From Candidatus Heimdallarchaeota archaeon (GTDB lineage Archaea; Asgardarchaeota; Heimdallarchaeia; Heimdallarchaeales; Heimdallarchaeaceae): a stretch of DNA of 63,552 nucleotides. The notes beneath the pieces were generated by a model, which was given only the letters and a program-made list of their open reading frames with translations, did no database searches and was not told the DNA's origin. Shown here piece after piece: positions 20,340-29,279 of the stretch (position 1 is the first letter of the stretch; the number at the start of each line of letters is the position of its first letter). The position numbers and the translations under genes were made by a program. The stretch is from positions 1-63,552 of the forward strand of contig JAAFKI010000184.1 of NCBI GenBank assembly GCA_021399345.1, given 5' to 3'.

Positions 20340-20474
20340 AATAATGACCTTGTAAATTCACTATGTGCAAATTATAAGCACACCTTATAAGTTATTAGGT
20401 TTTGCAATATTTTCTCGCACGTAGATTTTCACACCTAGCCATAAATTTATTTTTAGAAATTACAAGTTCCATAT

Positions 20475-21701
20475 ATGTCTCATATTTCAAAAGATATTAC
20501 TAGCACACTGAGTAATGAATTAGAAGGAAAAACAATAATTCATTGTATCACAAGTTCAATCTCATGTTATCTTGCTCCACAAATTTCCAGAAAGCTAATG
20601 AGGCATGGAGCAAGAGTAATACCAGTTCTATCACCTGAAGCAGCGAAATTCATCAATCCTTTGATTTTTGAATGGGCAACTGGAGAAAAACCAATTATTG
20701 TAATTGAAGGTGAAATAGAACACGTGAAATATGCCGGGCTATCTGAAGAAAGAGCTGATTTAATTCTTGTAGCACCAATCACAGCTAATTCTATTTCAAA
20801 AATAGCTACAGGGATTATGGACACTCCAGTTACTCTTATCACTGGAACTGCTCTGGGAAGCAAGATCCCCGTTATAGTTGTTCCCACTATGCATGAAGTA
20901 ATGATGCATAATCCAGCTGTAAAAGAAAATCTTGAAAAACTTAAAGGAATGGATGTAAAAATTCTAAACCCTCTAGTTGAAGAAGATAAAGCTAAGATAC
21001 CAGAAACAGATGAGATAGTAGAATTCTGTTTAAGAAAGTTAGGTAATCAATCTTTAGAGGGAAAGAAAGTGCTTGTTACTGCTGGACCTACTAGAGCATA
21101 TATTGACGGAATAAGATTCATAAGTAATCCTTCCTCAGGAAAGATGGGTTACGCGGTTGCATTAGAAGCTTGGAGAAGAGGAGCAGAGGTTAAACTAATT
21201 TATGGGCCATCTCAGTTGAATCCATCGAAAGTCATAGGAGGTTCTATAAAAGTAGAGACAACCAAGAATATGTTTGAAGAAGCTCTTGATGTAGTCAATA
21301 AAGATCAATATAACTATATAATTCTTGCAGCTGCAATGAATGATTTTGTACCAGAAGAAAACGTAGATGAGAAGATTTCTTCTAAAGAAAAATGGGAAAT
21401 AACTTTAGTACCAGCTCAGAAATTAGCTGATGAAATAAAAAAGCAATCCCCTCAATCAAAACTAGTTCTATTCAAAGCTGAATATAAGAAAACTGATTCA
21501 GAACTTGTAGAAAGAGCAAAAGACAGAATGGAAAAAGCTCAAGCAGATTTTGTTATAGCAAATGATGTTTCAGAAGAAAGGACAGGTTTTGAAAGTGATT
21601 TTAATAAAGTTGCTATGATTGGAAAGGGTAGTAAATTAGAATGGGTTGAAGGAAAAAAAATAGACATTGCAAAGAAAATATTTGATTTTGTTCTTCAATG
21701 A
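20475..21701 (+). CDS. coaBC: Bifunctional phosphopantothenoylcysteine decarboxylase/synthetase
   Basis: APITANSISKIA, PTMHEVM, VTAGPT, RFISNPSSGKMG, FKAE and IANDV motifs. Confidence 0.96.
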   Translation: MSHISKDITSTLSNELEGKTIIHCITSSISCYLAPQISRKLMRHGARVIPVLSPEAAKFINPLIFEWATGEKPIIVIEGEIEHVKYAGLSEERADLILVAPITANSISKIATGIMDTPVTLITGTALGSKIPVIVVPTMHEVMMHNPAVKENLEKLKGMDVKILNPLVEEDKAKIPETDEIVEFCLRKLGNQSLEGKKVLVTAGPTRAYIDGIRFISNPSSGKMGYAVALEAWRRGAEVKLIYGPSQLNPSKVIGGSIKVETTKNMFEEALDVVNKDQYNYIILAAAMNDFVPEENVDEKISSKEKWEITLVPAQKLADEIKKQSPQSKLVLFKAEYKKTDSELVERAKDRMEKAQADFVIANDVSEERTGFESDFNKVAMIGKGSKLEWVEGKKIDIAKKIFDFVLQ

Positions 21702-21749
21702 AAATTGTTTAAGGAAAATGTTTTTACATATATCACAAAATGTCATACT

Positions 21750-21971
21750 ATGAGTACAGTTATAGAGACTAAAATCACATGTCCAAATTGTGGCAATATA
21801 GAACAAGTTGAGATGCCTGATTACGTCTGTATCAGAGTTTACAAGTGCCCTTCATGTGAAAAAGTATTTCATCCTAAAGAGGGAGATTGTTGTGTTTTCT
21901 GTAGTTATGCTGAAGACGATTGTCCATCTAGACAAGTAGGAGAAGATAGTAATGGTCTTCTCAAGATCTAA
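21750..21971 (+). CDS. GDCCVxC-domain small Cys-rich metal-binding protein
   Basis: ITCPNCG..MP...C...YKCPSC...P.EGDCCVFCSY; start reassigned to ATG 21750. Confidence 0.88.
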   Translation: MSTVIETKITCPNCGNIEQVEMPDYVCIRVYKCPSCEKVFHPKEGDCCVFCSYAEDDCPSRQVGEDSNGLLKI

Positions 21972-22416
21972 CTACAGGTGTAAAAGTAAACTTGAAGTTT
22001 TCAGGTAAGTGTTCTTTCAGTTTTTTCAAATTATTCAACATAGCATGAAAATGCTTTAAATCAGGTAAATTCACTGCTTCGTCCAAGTTTATCCATTTGG
22101 ATTCTGAATGTTCCCACGTTAGTTTTACTTCACCTTCTAGATACTTACAGTAATAGGAAATGAAAACCATTGGAAACTCTTTTCCTCCTCTATAAAAGAA
22201 ACCTGTATCTAAAGGTAAAATGACTTCAACTTTCAATCCAGTTTCTTCTACAACTTCTCTTAAAACACCATCTACGGGAGATTCTTCAGCTTCTAATCTT
22301 CCAGTTACTACTTCCCAAGTTGCAGGTTGAAAGTCTCTCTCTTTTGATCTTTTCATTATTAGTATCTTACCGTCTTTTTCAATAACAGCAGCCATTCCTA
22401 CATAAACTTGTTTCAT
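21961..22416 (-). CDS. NUDIX hydrolase
   Basis: Nudix box GRLEAEESPVDGVLREVVEETG. Confidence 0.93.
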   Translation of the reverse strand: MKQVYVGMAAVIEKDGKILIMKRSKERDFQPATWEVVTGRLEAEESPVDGVLREVVEETGLKVEVILPLDTGFFYRGGKEFPMVFISYYCKYLEGEVKLTWEHSESKWINLDEAVNLPDLKHFHAMLNNLKKLKEHLPENFKFTFTPVVRS

Positions 22417-22447
22417 GAGAACCGTTTAAGGATGCTTGTATTTTAAA

Positions 22448-23362
22448 TTAATCATTGTCAGTATAATATGTAAGTTTCATATTTTTTGAACTTGTTTTTA
22501 TATTACCTAACTTTTCTTCCAGAATCGCTACTAACTTCGTAAGAATTTTATTCTGTTCAAAATTTTTCTTATAAAATTCAAGTAATAAATGAAGTGTTTT
22601 TTTTTCTGGGAAAAGAGTTAAAATGATTTCATTTTCACATAAACTTATCATAAACCTTGGATTAATATGTTTAATCTGTTCAAAACTATCTTCTGGATCT
22701 TGATCGAAATTAATAATAGGAAAATCAGGTATTTCTTCCTTCCATTGAGTTAAGTAAGTTATTATCTCATCCCAAATCTGAGGTTCCTTCAACCAAGTAA
22801 ATAGCTCTTTACCATAGAATAAATGTGTATTCAGCTCATATTGTTTTGAAATTCTTTTGAGTTCAGATATATAGTATTTCTCATTTTTACTTAATCCAGG
22901 ATCAATGAAATACATAATTCCTGTTAATTCTTGATCAGGATATTCATTCAATAGTAGTTTAGATTTTTTCTCAAAATTTTCAATTTGTCCTCTTTTTTTT
23001 GTGGAATCATGATCATCTCGAAGCTTTTGCTCAATAAAATACAGATTGTCGTTTTTAGCGAATAATTGATCAAAGATTAAACTATCATTTTGAAAAACAA
23101 ACTTCTTTTCCTTAATTTCAAATTTAAGAATTTTAAGATATTCCTCTATGATTATTTCAAAAGCATCACCAAATCTGATTTCATTAGATTGAGTTATATT
23201 TTGAATTAGTTTTGCTTTGGCTTTAGTAGGTCTAAATAAACCAATATATCTATCGGGATTTTTCGCAACTTTTTCAAGAAGAGTAAGTTTCACCTTAAAA
23301 AAGATGGATTTATTCAATATTTGTTTAAAAGAGTCATATGATAATAAATTGGAAACCATCAA
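22448..23362 (-). CDS. Type II restriction endonuclease, HpyAIV-like (GANTC predicted)
   Basis: P.RYIGLFRPTK, EIRFGDAFE and DQ...FIEQK.RDDHDSTKKRGQ (PD-(D/E)xK) motifs; directly downstream of the MTase. Confidence 0.85.
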   Translation of the reverse strand: MMVSNLLSYDSFKQILNKSIFFKVKLTLLEKVAKNPDRYIGLFRPTKAKAKLIQNITQSNEIRFGDAFEIIIEEYLKILKFEIKEKKFVFQNDSLIFDQLFAKNDNLYFIEQKLRDDHDSTKKRGQIENFEKKSKLLLNEYPDQELTGIMYFIDPGLSKNEKYYISELKRISKQYELNTHLFYGKELFTWLKEPQIWDEIITYLTQWKEEIPDFPIINFDQDPEDSFEQIKHINPRFMISLCENEIILTLFPEKKTLHLLLEFYKKNFEQNKILTKLVAILEEKLGNIKTSSKNMKLTYYTDND

Positions 23363-23367
23363 GTCAA

Positions 23368-24498
23368 TTAGAAGAATTGAGTTAAAACTTTATCTTTTCC
23401 TTTCAATTTATTATCAGTAATCACATCATCTATATATTCAAGGTTTTCTGTAGCATATTTTCTTCTTATACTATCAATGCTTATTAGTTCATCATTGTCT
23501 CTTATATACCAGAAATCCCAACCATTGTTTGCTTTTTTATTTAGAATCATTGCACTTATTTTATGAATAGATCCAGTTTTTCCTTCATATTCAATTGTTC
23601 CATTTGCATTAATAACTGCTTGATACTTCTTATCTTTTGAGAAAACCTTTTCACCTGACTTGATGTATTGATGTTCAACCAGATTTCCAAAAGGAATTTT
23701 TGGAGGTTTTCTCTCAATTTTATAATTAAGCAGGTTCTCATCCAATTGTTTGATTTTTGCAATTCTTTTATTGGCTTCTTGGATGTATGTTTCATCAATC
23801 TCAAAACCGATGAAATTCCTTCCTAATTTCTTTGCAATAGCACCTGTTGTTCCTGATCCCATGAATGGATCAATTACTAAATCACCCACATTAGATGTTG
23901 AAATAATAACCCTATAGAGAAGTGCTTCAGGTTTTTGAGTTGAATGTAATTTTCTACCATTAAACTGTAATCTCTCCTTACCAATACAAATAGGGAGATA
24001 CCAATCGCTTCTCATTTGCTTATCATCATTAATTACTTTCATTGTTTTGTAATGAAAAACAGGTTTAGATTTTTCATCTTTTTTTGCCCAAATCAAGGTT
24101 TCATGAGCATTATTGAAACGTGTGCCTTTAAAATTAGGCATGGGATTACTTTTAATCCAAACTATATCATTTAACAACCAAAAACCAAGATCTTGCATAA
24201 TTTTTCCGATACGAAAAATATTATGATAAGTTCCAATAACCCAAATAGATCCAGTTTTTTTTAATACTCTTTTACATTCTGTTAACCAAGATGCGGAGAA
24301 ATCATCATATTCTTCAAAGGAAGAAAATTGATCCCATTGATCATTAACTGCATCTACTTTGGATTGATTTGGTCTATATAATTCATTTCTTAATTGTAAA
24401 TTGTACGGAGGATCTGCAAATATTAAGTCAACTGAATCACTATCTAGCTTTCTCAAACCTTCTATACAATCCATTTTATGAATCTTGTTGATTTCCAT
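23368..24498 (-). CDS. Beta-class adenine DNA methyltransferase, M.HinfI/CcrM family, with C-terminal RAMA-like domain
   Basis: FADPPYNLQL, NPMPNFKGTRF.NAHETLIW, HSTQKPE, DPFMGSGTT and GSIHKI...NGW.FW motifs. Confidence 0.93.
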   Translation of the reverse strand: MEINKIHKMDCIEGLRKLDSDSVDLIFADPPYNLQLRNELYRPNQSKVDAVNDQWDQFSSFEEYDDFSASWLTECKRVLKKTGSIWVIGTYHNIFRIGKIMQDLGFWLLNDIVWIKSNPMPNFKGTRFNNAHETLIWAKKDEKSKPVFHYKTMKVINDDKQMRSDWYLPICIGKERLQFNGRKLHSTQKPEALLYRVIISTSNVGDLVIDPFMGSGTTGAIAKKLGRNFIGFEIDETYIQEANKRIAKIKQLDENLLNYKIERKPPKIPFGNLVEHQYIKSGEKVFSKDKKYQAVINANGTIEYEGKTGSIHKISAMILNKKANNGWDFWYIRDNDELISIDSIRRKYATENLEYIDDVITDNKLKGKDKVLTQFF

Positions 24499-24733
24499 TC
24501 AATATAAAATTCGGAAATTCGTATTTAAACTCTATGAAACCATATTATTAGAATCAAAAACCTATTTTTATCTTAGAAATGAATAGGTATCCTTTTTTCG
24601 CTTAGTTTATAAGTAAATTCAGACATAAACCAGTGAAGAAATATTACTTTAGAAATGTATCAAGGGGATTCAAAGAAGATTCTCAGAAAAGTTGCATATT
24701 AATTTTGAAGAAGAAAAAATAAGAAAAAATATC

Positions 24734-26752
24734 TCATGATTTATATTTTTCAAACCATTCAATAATTTTCTCTAGTCTATCTTTCATATGGAGAGGTTTA
24801 CCAGAACGACTGAGTTCATGACCTTCTTCTGGATATCTTATGAGTTCTGCAGTAGTACCTAGTTTAAGAAGTGAAGCAAAATATTCTTCAGCTTGAGAGA
24901 TGGAAACCCTAAAATCTTTTTCAGAATGAATAATTCTTGTTGGGGTTTTGGTTTTATTCACATAAGCTATTGGTGAAAATTCCCAGTTTTTATCTAGATC
25001 TTCCCATGGGAAGGATCCTATTTCATCCTTAATGAGCTTAGTGACATCTGTTGTACTCCAGAAACTAACTAGATTGTATACACCTCGTAGGGGGACAGCT
25101 GCTTTGAATCTCTGGTCATGACCTATAATCCAGGCAGTCATATAACCACCATAAGAACCTCCAGTAATGAATAAATTATCTTTATCAACATATCCTTTTT
25201 CAGATACTTTGTCAAGACCAGTTAGTATGTCATTAGCTGGTTCTGTACCCCATTGTTGGAAGATGTTGCGGAAATCATATCCTCTCCCACTTGATCCTCG
25301 TGGATTGCAGTAAAAAACCACATATCCTTGAGAAGCAAAATACTGAAACTCAAACCACATAGACCTTCCAAAGGGACTCCATGTTGCATGCGGTCCTCCA
25401 TGAATTTCAACAATTGTTGGATATTTTTTGCTTTCATCGAAGTTTGGTGGTTTTACAATCCATCCTTGGATTTCTTTTCCTTCAAAGCCAGAATATTTTA
25501 TTTCTTCTGCTTCTGCAAGTTTCCTTTCAGCAAGTAATTTTTCATTTGTTTTCCATAATGTTTTTACTTCTTTGTAAACGAAGTCATAAAGCATTAAAAC
25601 AGAGAAATCTTCTTTCTGTGAAGCGTTAATTAGAATCAATCCTTGATCACTATCAACATCAAATGAATTGATTATTGAATCTCCTGAATAGATTTCTTCA
25701 ACAGTTTCTCTGTCTATGTTGAAACGGTGTACAGCAATGCGTTCCCAATCATCAACTAAGAAATAAAGGTAGGATGTTTCACTATCAAAAACGGGTGATG
25801 CTGCATGATTATCTATTTTCGCAGAGACCCATTTCTCTTCTCCTGTTTTGGGATTTAATATATATAATTCATTATTTTGTGTAGAAAGTATTTCTGGAGA
25901 GTTGTTACCGCTAAATACTAACCATTTCCCATCAGGTGAGATTCCAAGAGTTGAACCAAAACCATACATTGTTCTGATAACTTTCTCTTCTTTTGTCTCA
26001 ATGTCAATTTCTACAATAACAAATTCATAGGTATCATTCATGAAACCTTCTACATTGTGCTTTATTGCATAAATGGTTTTATTATCTTCACTCAGTACTG
26101 GAGAGAAATAATTGAATTCTCCATTAGTAACTCTTGTTGAGGTTTTAGTATCTAAATCGAAGAAATACACATGAGAATGTTTATCATCCAAAAAGGCAGT
26201 TCCTCTTCTATACACAATGTCTTTCACAACCCTTGGATCAATCTTTTTCTTATCCTTCTCTTCCTTTTCAAGATTTTCTATTTTATAATCAAGAGGACGT
26301 TTTTTAACATCATCTTTTTTTTCATCTTCCAAGGATTGTTCCTCAAGATTTACTCTATGGATGTAAGCCATTTTTTGGCCATCTAAGGACCACTCAAATT
26401 CAGAAACTCCATTTGAAGTTTTGGAGAATTGAACAGATTCACCTCCATCAACATCCATGATAAAAATTTGTGGTTTTGCTTTTTCTCCACCTCTTGCACT
26501 CAGAAAAGCCAATTGATTTTTGTTGGGTGAAGGTTTCATTGATTTATCTTGAGTTAATCCGCTGGTAAATTGCTTCGGACTTCGATCTTCAGAAATAAAA
26601 TATACAGCAGAATTGAATTTGTTCTCTTTCTCATTCATCGATAGTTCTTCAAACAAAAAATTCTTGTTTGGTAAAATTTTTGCTGTTGTGATTTGTTTTA
26701 ATAATAATAAATCATCTAATGATAAATTTTTTTTGCTCATTTCTTTTTTCAC
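24734..26752 (-). CDS. S9 family peptidase (acylaminoacyl-peptidase/dipeptidyl aminopeptidase-like)
   Basis: N-terminal beta-propeller; IHGGPH, GGSYGG, D.RV and EGHEL catalytic motifs. Confidence 0.95.
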   Translation of the reverse strand: MKKEMSKKNLSLDDLLLLKQITTAKILPNKNFLFEELSMNEKENKFNSAVYFISEDRSPKQFTSGLTQDKSMKPSPNKNQLAFLSARGGEKAKPQIFIMDVDGGESVQFSKTSNGVSEFEWSLDGQKMAYIHRVNLEEQSLEDEKKDDVKKRPLDYKIENLEKEEKDKKKIDPRVVKDIVYRRGTAFLDDKHSHVYFFDLDTKTSTRVTNGEFNYFSPVLSEDNKTIYAIKHNVEGFMNDTYEFVIVEIDIETKEEKVIRTMYGFGSTLGISPDGKWLVFSGNNSPEILSTQNNELYILNPKTGEEKWVSAKIDNHAASPVFDSETSYLYFLVDDWERIAVHRFNIDRETVEEIYSGDSIINSFDVDSDQGLILINASQKEDFSVLMLYDFVYKEVKTLWKTNEKLLAERKLAEAEEIKYSGFEGKEIQGWIVKPPNFDESKKYPTIVEIHGGPHATWSPFGRSMWFEFQYFASQGYVVFYCNPRGSSGRGYDFRNIFQQWGTEPANDILTGLDKVSEKGYVDKDNLFITGGSYGGYMTAWIIGHDQRFKAAVPLRGVYNLVSFWSTTDVTKLIKDEIGSFPWEDLDKNWEFSPIAYVNKTKTPTRIIHSEKDFRVSISQAEEYFASLLKLGTTAELIRYPEEGHELSRSGKPLHMKDRLEKIIEWFEKYKS

Positions 26753-26880
26753 GTTAAGCTTGATATTTGAACGTGTAAGGTTTGTTTAATAACTTTTGCC
26801 TTTTAAAAATAGCTTTGTTAAACAAATTTTGACACCAACTTTAAATATGGAAAGGAGATTAAATTTGCCTTGAAGAACTG

Positions 26881-29256
26881 ATGGCTTTTATAGATAAATA
26901 CCACGAATTTCTTAAGAAATATAAAGTTGCTGTACTTATTATCTGGGTCATTATTTTTGCATTTGGAATCTGGTTGGGGCCAAAGTTTCTTAACGAAACC
27001 TCTTCAAATTTTGAAGCACCTCCAAACTCTCCAAGTGTAATAGCAGAGGAAGTTCTCGCAGTAGAATTTCCTGGTTACGAAAATGAAACAAGTATGATCA
27101 TGGTAATCCGGATGGTAAATGATTCTGAAAGTGTTGTGAACAATGAAACAGAATCATTTTGTTCTCAAGTTTTAGATAGTATCTTCAACTCATCCTTTGA
27201 ACACATTGTTCTATCAGTTTTAAGTTACTATGTACTAATAGATGCAGGATTTAGTCAGGTTGCTGATGAATTTATATCTTCTGAAGAAAAATCAATGCTT
27301 CTAACAATTAATTTAATCTACAATGAAGAAAACAGCTCAATAAGTGCATTTATTGAATATATAAGAGAAGAAGTTCATAAAATAAATACATCTGAAGATT
27401 TCAATGTCTATCTTACAGGTTATCTAGTCATGTATCTTGATATGCAAGAAGCAACAGAAGAAGATCTTCTTAGAATGGACTTGATTGTAATTCCAATAGC
27501 TCTATTAGTTTTAGCAATTGTGCTTAGAAGTTTGAAATTGATGATTTTACCTATAGCTAGTATGGGAATCAGCACTTTAGCATCATTTCTAATCATGTAT
27601 CCAGTGGCTTTAATTTGGGATATATTTTCATTTGTTCCTAGCGTAATGATGAGCTTGGTAATAGCTTTGTCTATAGATTATTCGTTGTTTCTATTATCTA
27701 GGTACAGAGAAGAAATAATGAAAAATAAATCAGTCTCAGAATCAGTTCTTCAGATGAGTAAACATGCAGGACACACTATTACAGTTTCAGGATTGACACT
27801 TGTTGTTACTTTCTTAGGGTTAGTTTTCTTTCCACTACAGTTACTATCAACAATAGGGATAGGGGCCGCTATTACCATAATTATTACACTTGGTGTTAAT
27901 CTTTCGTTTACTCCAGCTGCGCTTCTTACTTTTGAGGGTTTCTTCAAGAAATTCACTTTATACAAAAAGTTAACAAAGAAACAAATTGAAACTGAAGACC
28001 AGTTAAAAAAGAAAGAAATAGCCGCTCAAATGAAAAGTATATGGTATAAAATAGGAAAATTGTCCACTAAATATGCACCATTTGTTATTATAATCGTTGT
28101 AATTGTTGCAATTCCAGTTTCAATTCAAGTTTTCAAATTTGACAGATCAATGGATTTTCTACAAATATTACCTAGAGGTTCAGACTCAGATCTAGCATAC
28201 CAAGCATTAAGAGAAGATTTTTCCCCTGGACAAATTCTTCCATTTTATGTAATTATTAAAACCAATCAGACAAATGGAATAATGGACTCAACATTTTTCC
28301 AAGATGCAAAGGACATCTCAACCAGACTAGCAGCTGAAACAATGGTAAACAACAATAGTTTCACGTCTATTGTGAGTGCCGGAGGATTTTATATTCCATT
28401 TTTAGCAGCAATGGCATTTCTCACTCCAGCGACTCTTGAGTATAATAGTTCAGATGGGATGTTATATCGAACAATTTTCAATAGATATACAAATCTGGAA
28501 AATTCTACAATTCTTATAGAAATACAAACGCCATTTGATCCTTGGGCTGATGAAGCAGAGGCATGGATCAAAGAGACAAGAGTCATTCTTGAAGATTCAG
28601 AAGCAGAATATGGATACGAAATGCATCTAGCAGAAGGGTCAACAGTAATGATTGATGTAATAGATCAAGTCTACAAACTTTTCCCGATAATGATAATAGT
28701 TACAATATTAGTAGTTTATATTCTAATAGCAATAATGTTCAAATCTGTCTTCATACCATTAAGGCTTATACTTACTATTGGATTAACCTTATCGTGGATA
28801 TATGGATTAGGGATTTTTGTTTTTAAGACGCAGGTATTCAAGACAGTAATTCCAGTTTTACAAGGAGTAAATTCCTTCTTCTGGTTAGTACCTATCATGG
28901 CTTTTACAATTCTAATAGGGATTGGTCTAGATTATGATATATTCCTACTCTCTAGAATTTCTGAATTTCGTGATATGGGTTTTACTGAAAAAGCGTCAAT
29001 ACACAAAGGTTTGTTCAAAACTGGTAATGTAATATCGTTTGCTGGAATTATCATGGCGATTGCTTTTAGCGGGTTACTACTTTCTAGAGTAATGGTACTA
29101 AATCAATTTGGTTTCATGCTGTGTATAGCAGTTTTGATAGACACTTTCATTATAAGGACTATACTAGTTCCAGCAATAATGAGTTTAGCATCTAAATGGA
29201 ATTGGTGGCCAAAGAAAGTTCCTGAACCAACTAAAACGGATCTGGATTTTGAATAA
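26881..29256 (+). CDS. MMPL-family (RND superfamily) transporter
   Basis: Two repeats carrying ALSIDYSLFLLSRYREE and GLDYDIFLLSRI.E; C-terminal WNWWP. Confidence 0.93.
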   Translation: MAFIDKYHEFLKKYKVAVLIIWVIIFAFGIWLGPKFLNETSSNFEAPPNSPSVIAEEVLAVEFPGYENETSMIMVIRMVNDSESVVNNETESFCSQVLDSIFNSSFEHIVLSVLSYYVLIDAGFSQVADEFISSEEKSMLLTINLIYNEENSSISAFIEYIREEVHKINTSEDFNVYLTGYLVMYLDMQEATEEDLLRMDLIVIPIALLVLAIVLRSLKLMILPIASMGISTLASFLIMYPVALIWDIFSFVPSVMMSLVIALSIDYSLFLLSRYREEIMKNKSVSESVLQMSKHAGHTITVSGLTLVVTFLGLVFFPLQLLSTIGIGAAITIIITLGVNLSFTPAALLTFEGFFKKFTLYKKLTKKQIETEDQLKKKEIAAQMKSIWYKIGKLSTKYAPFVIIIVVIVAIPVSIQVFKFDRSMDFLQILPRGSDSDLAYQALREDFSPGQILPFYVIIKTNQTNGIMDSTFFQDAKDISTRLAAETMVNNNSFTSIVSAGGFYIPFLAAMAFLTPATLEYNSSDGMLYRTIFNRYTNLENSTILIEIQTPFDPWADEAEAWIKETRVILEDSEAEYGYEMHLAEGSTVMIDVIDQVYKLFPIMIIVTILVVYILIAIMFKSVFIPLRLILTIGLTLSWIYGLGIFVFKTQVFKTVIPVLQGVNSFFWLVPIMAFTILIGIGLDYDIFLLSRISEFRDMGFTEKASIHKGLFKTGNVISFAGIIMAIAFSGLLLSRVMVLNQFGFMLCIAVLIDTFIIRTILVPAIMSLASKWNWWPKKVPEPTKTDLDFE

Positions 29257-29279
29257 ACTAAAAAGAAAATATCGAAGGA

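Noticed and set aside
24551-24555. GAATC site upstream of the MTase promoter as methylation feedback
   Set aside because: GANTC is frequent throughout the window, so one site is expected by chance.
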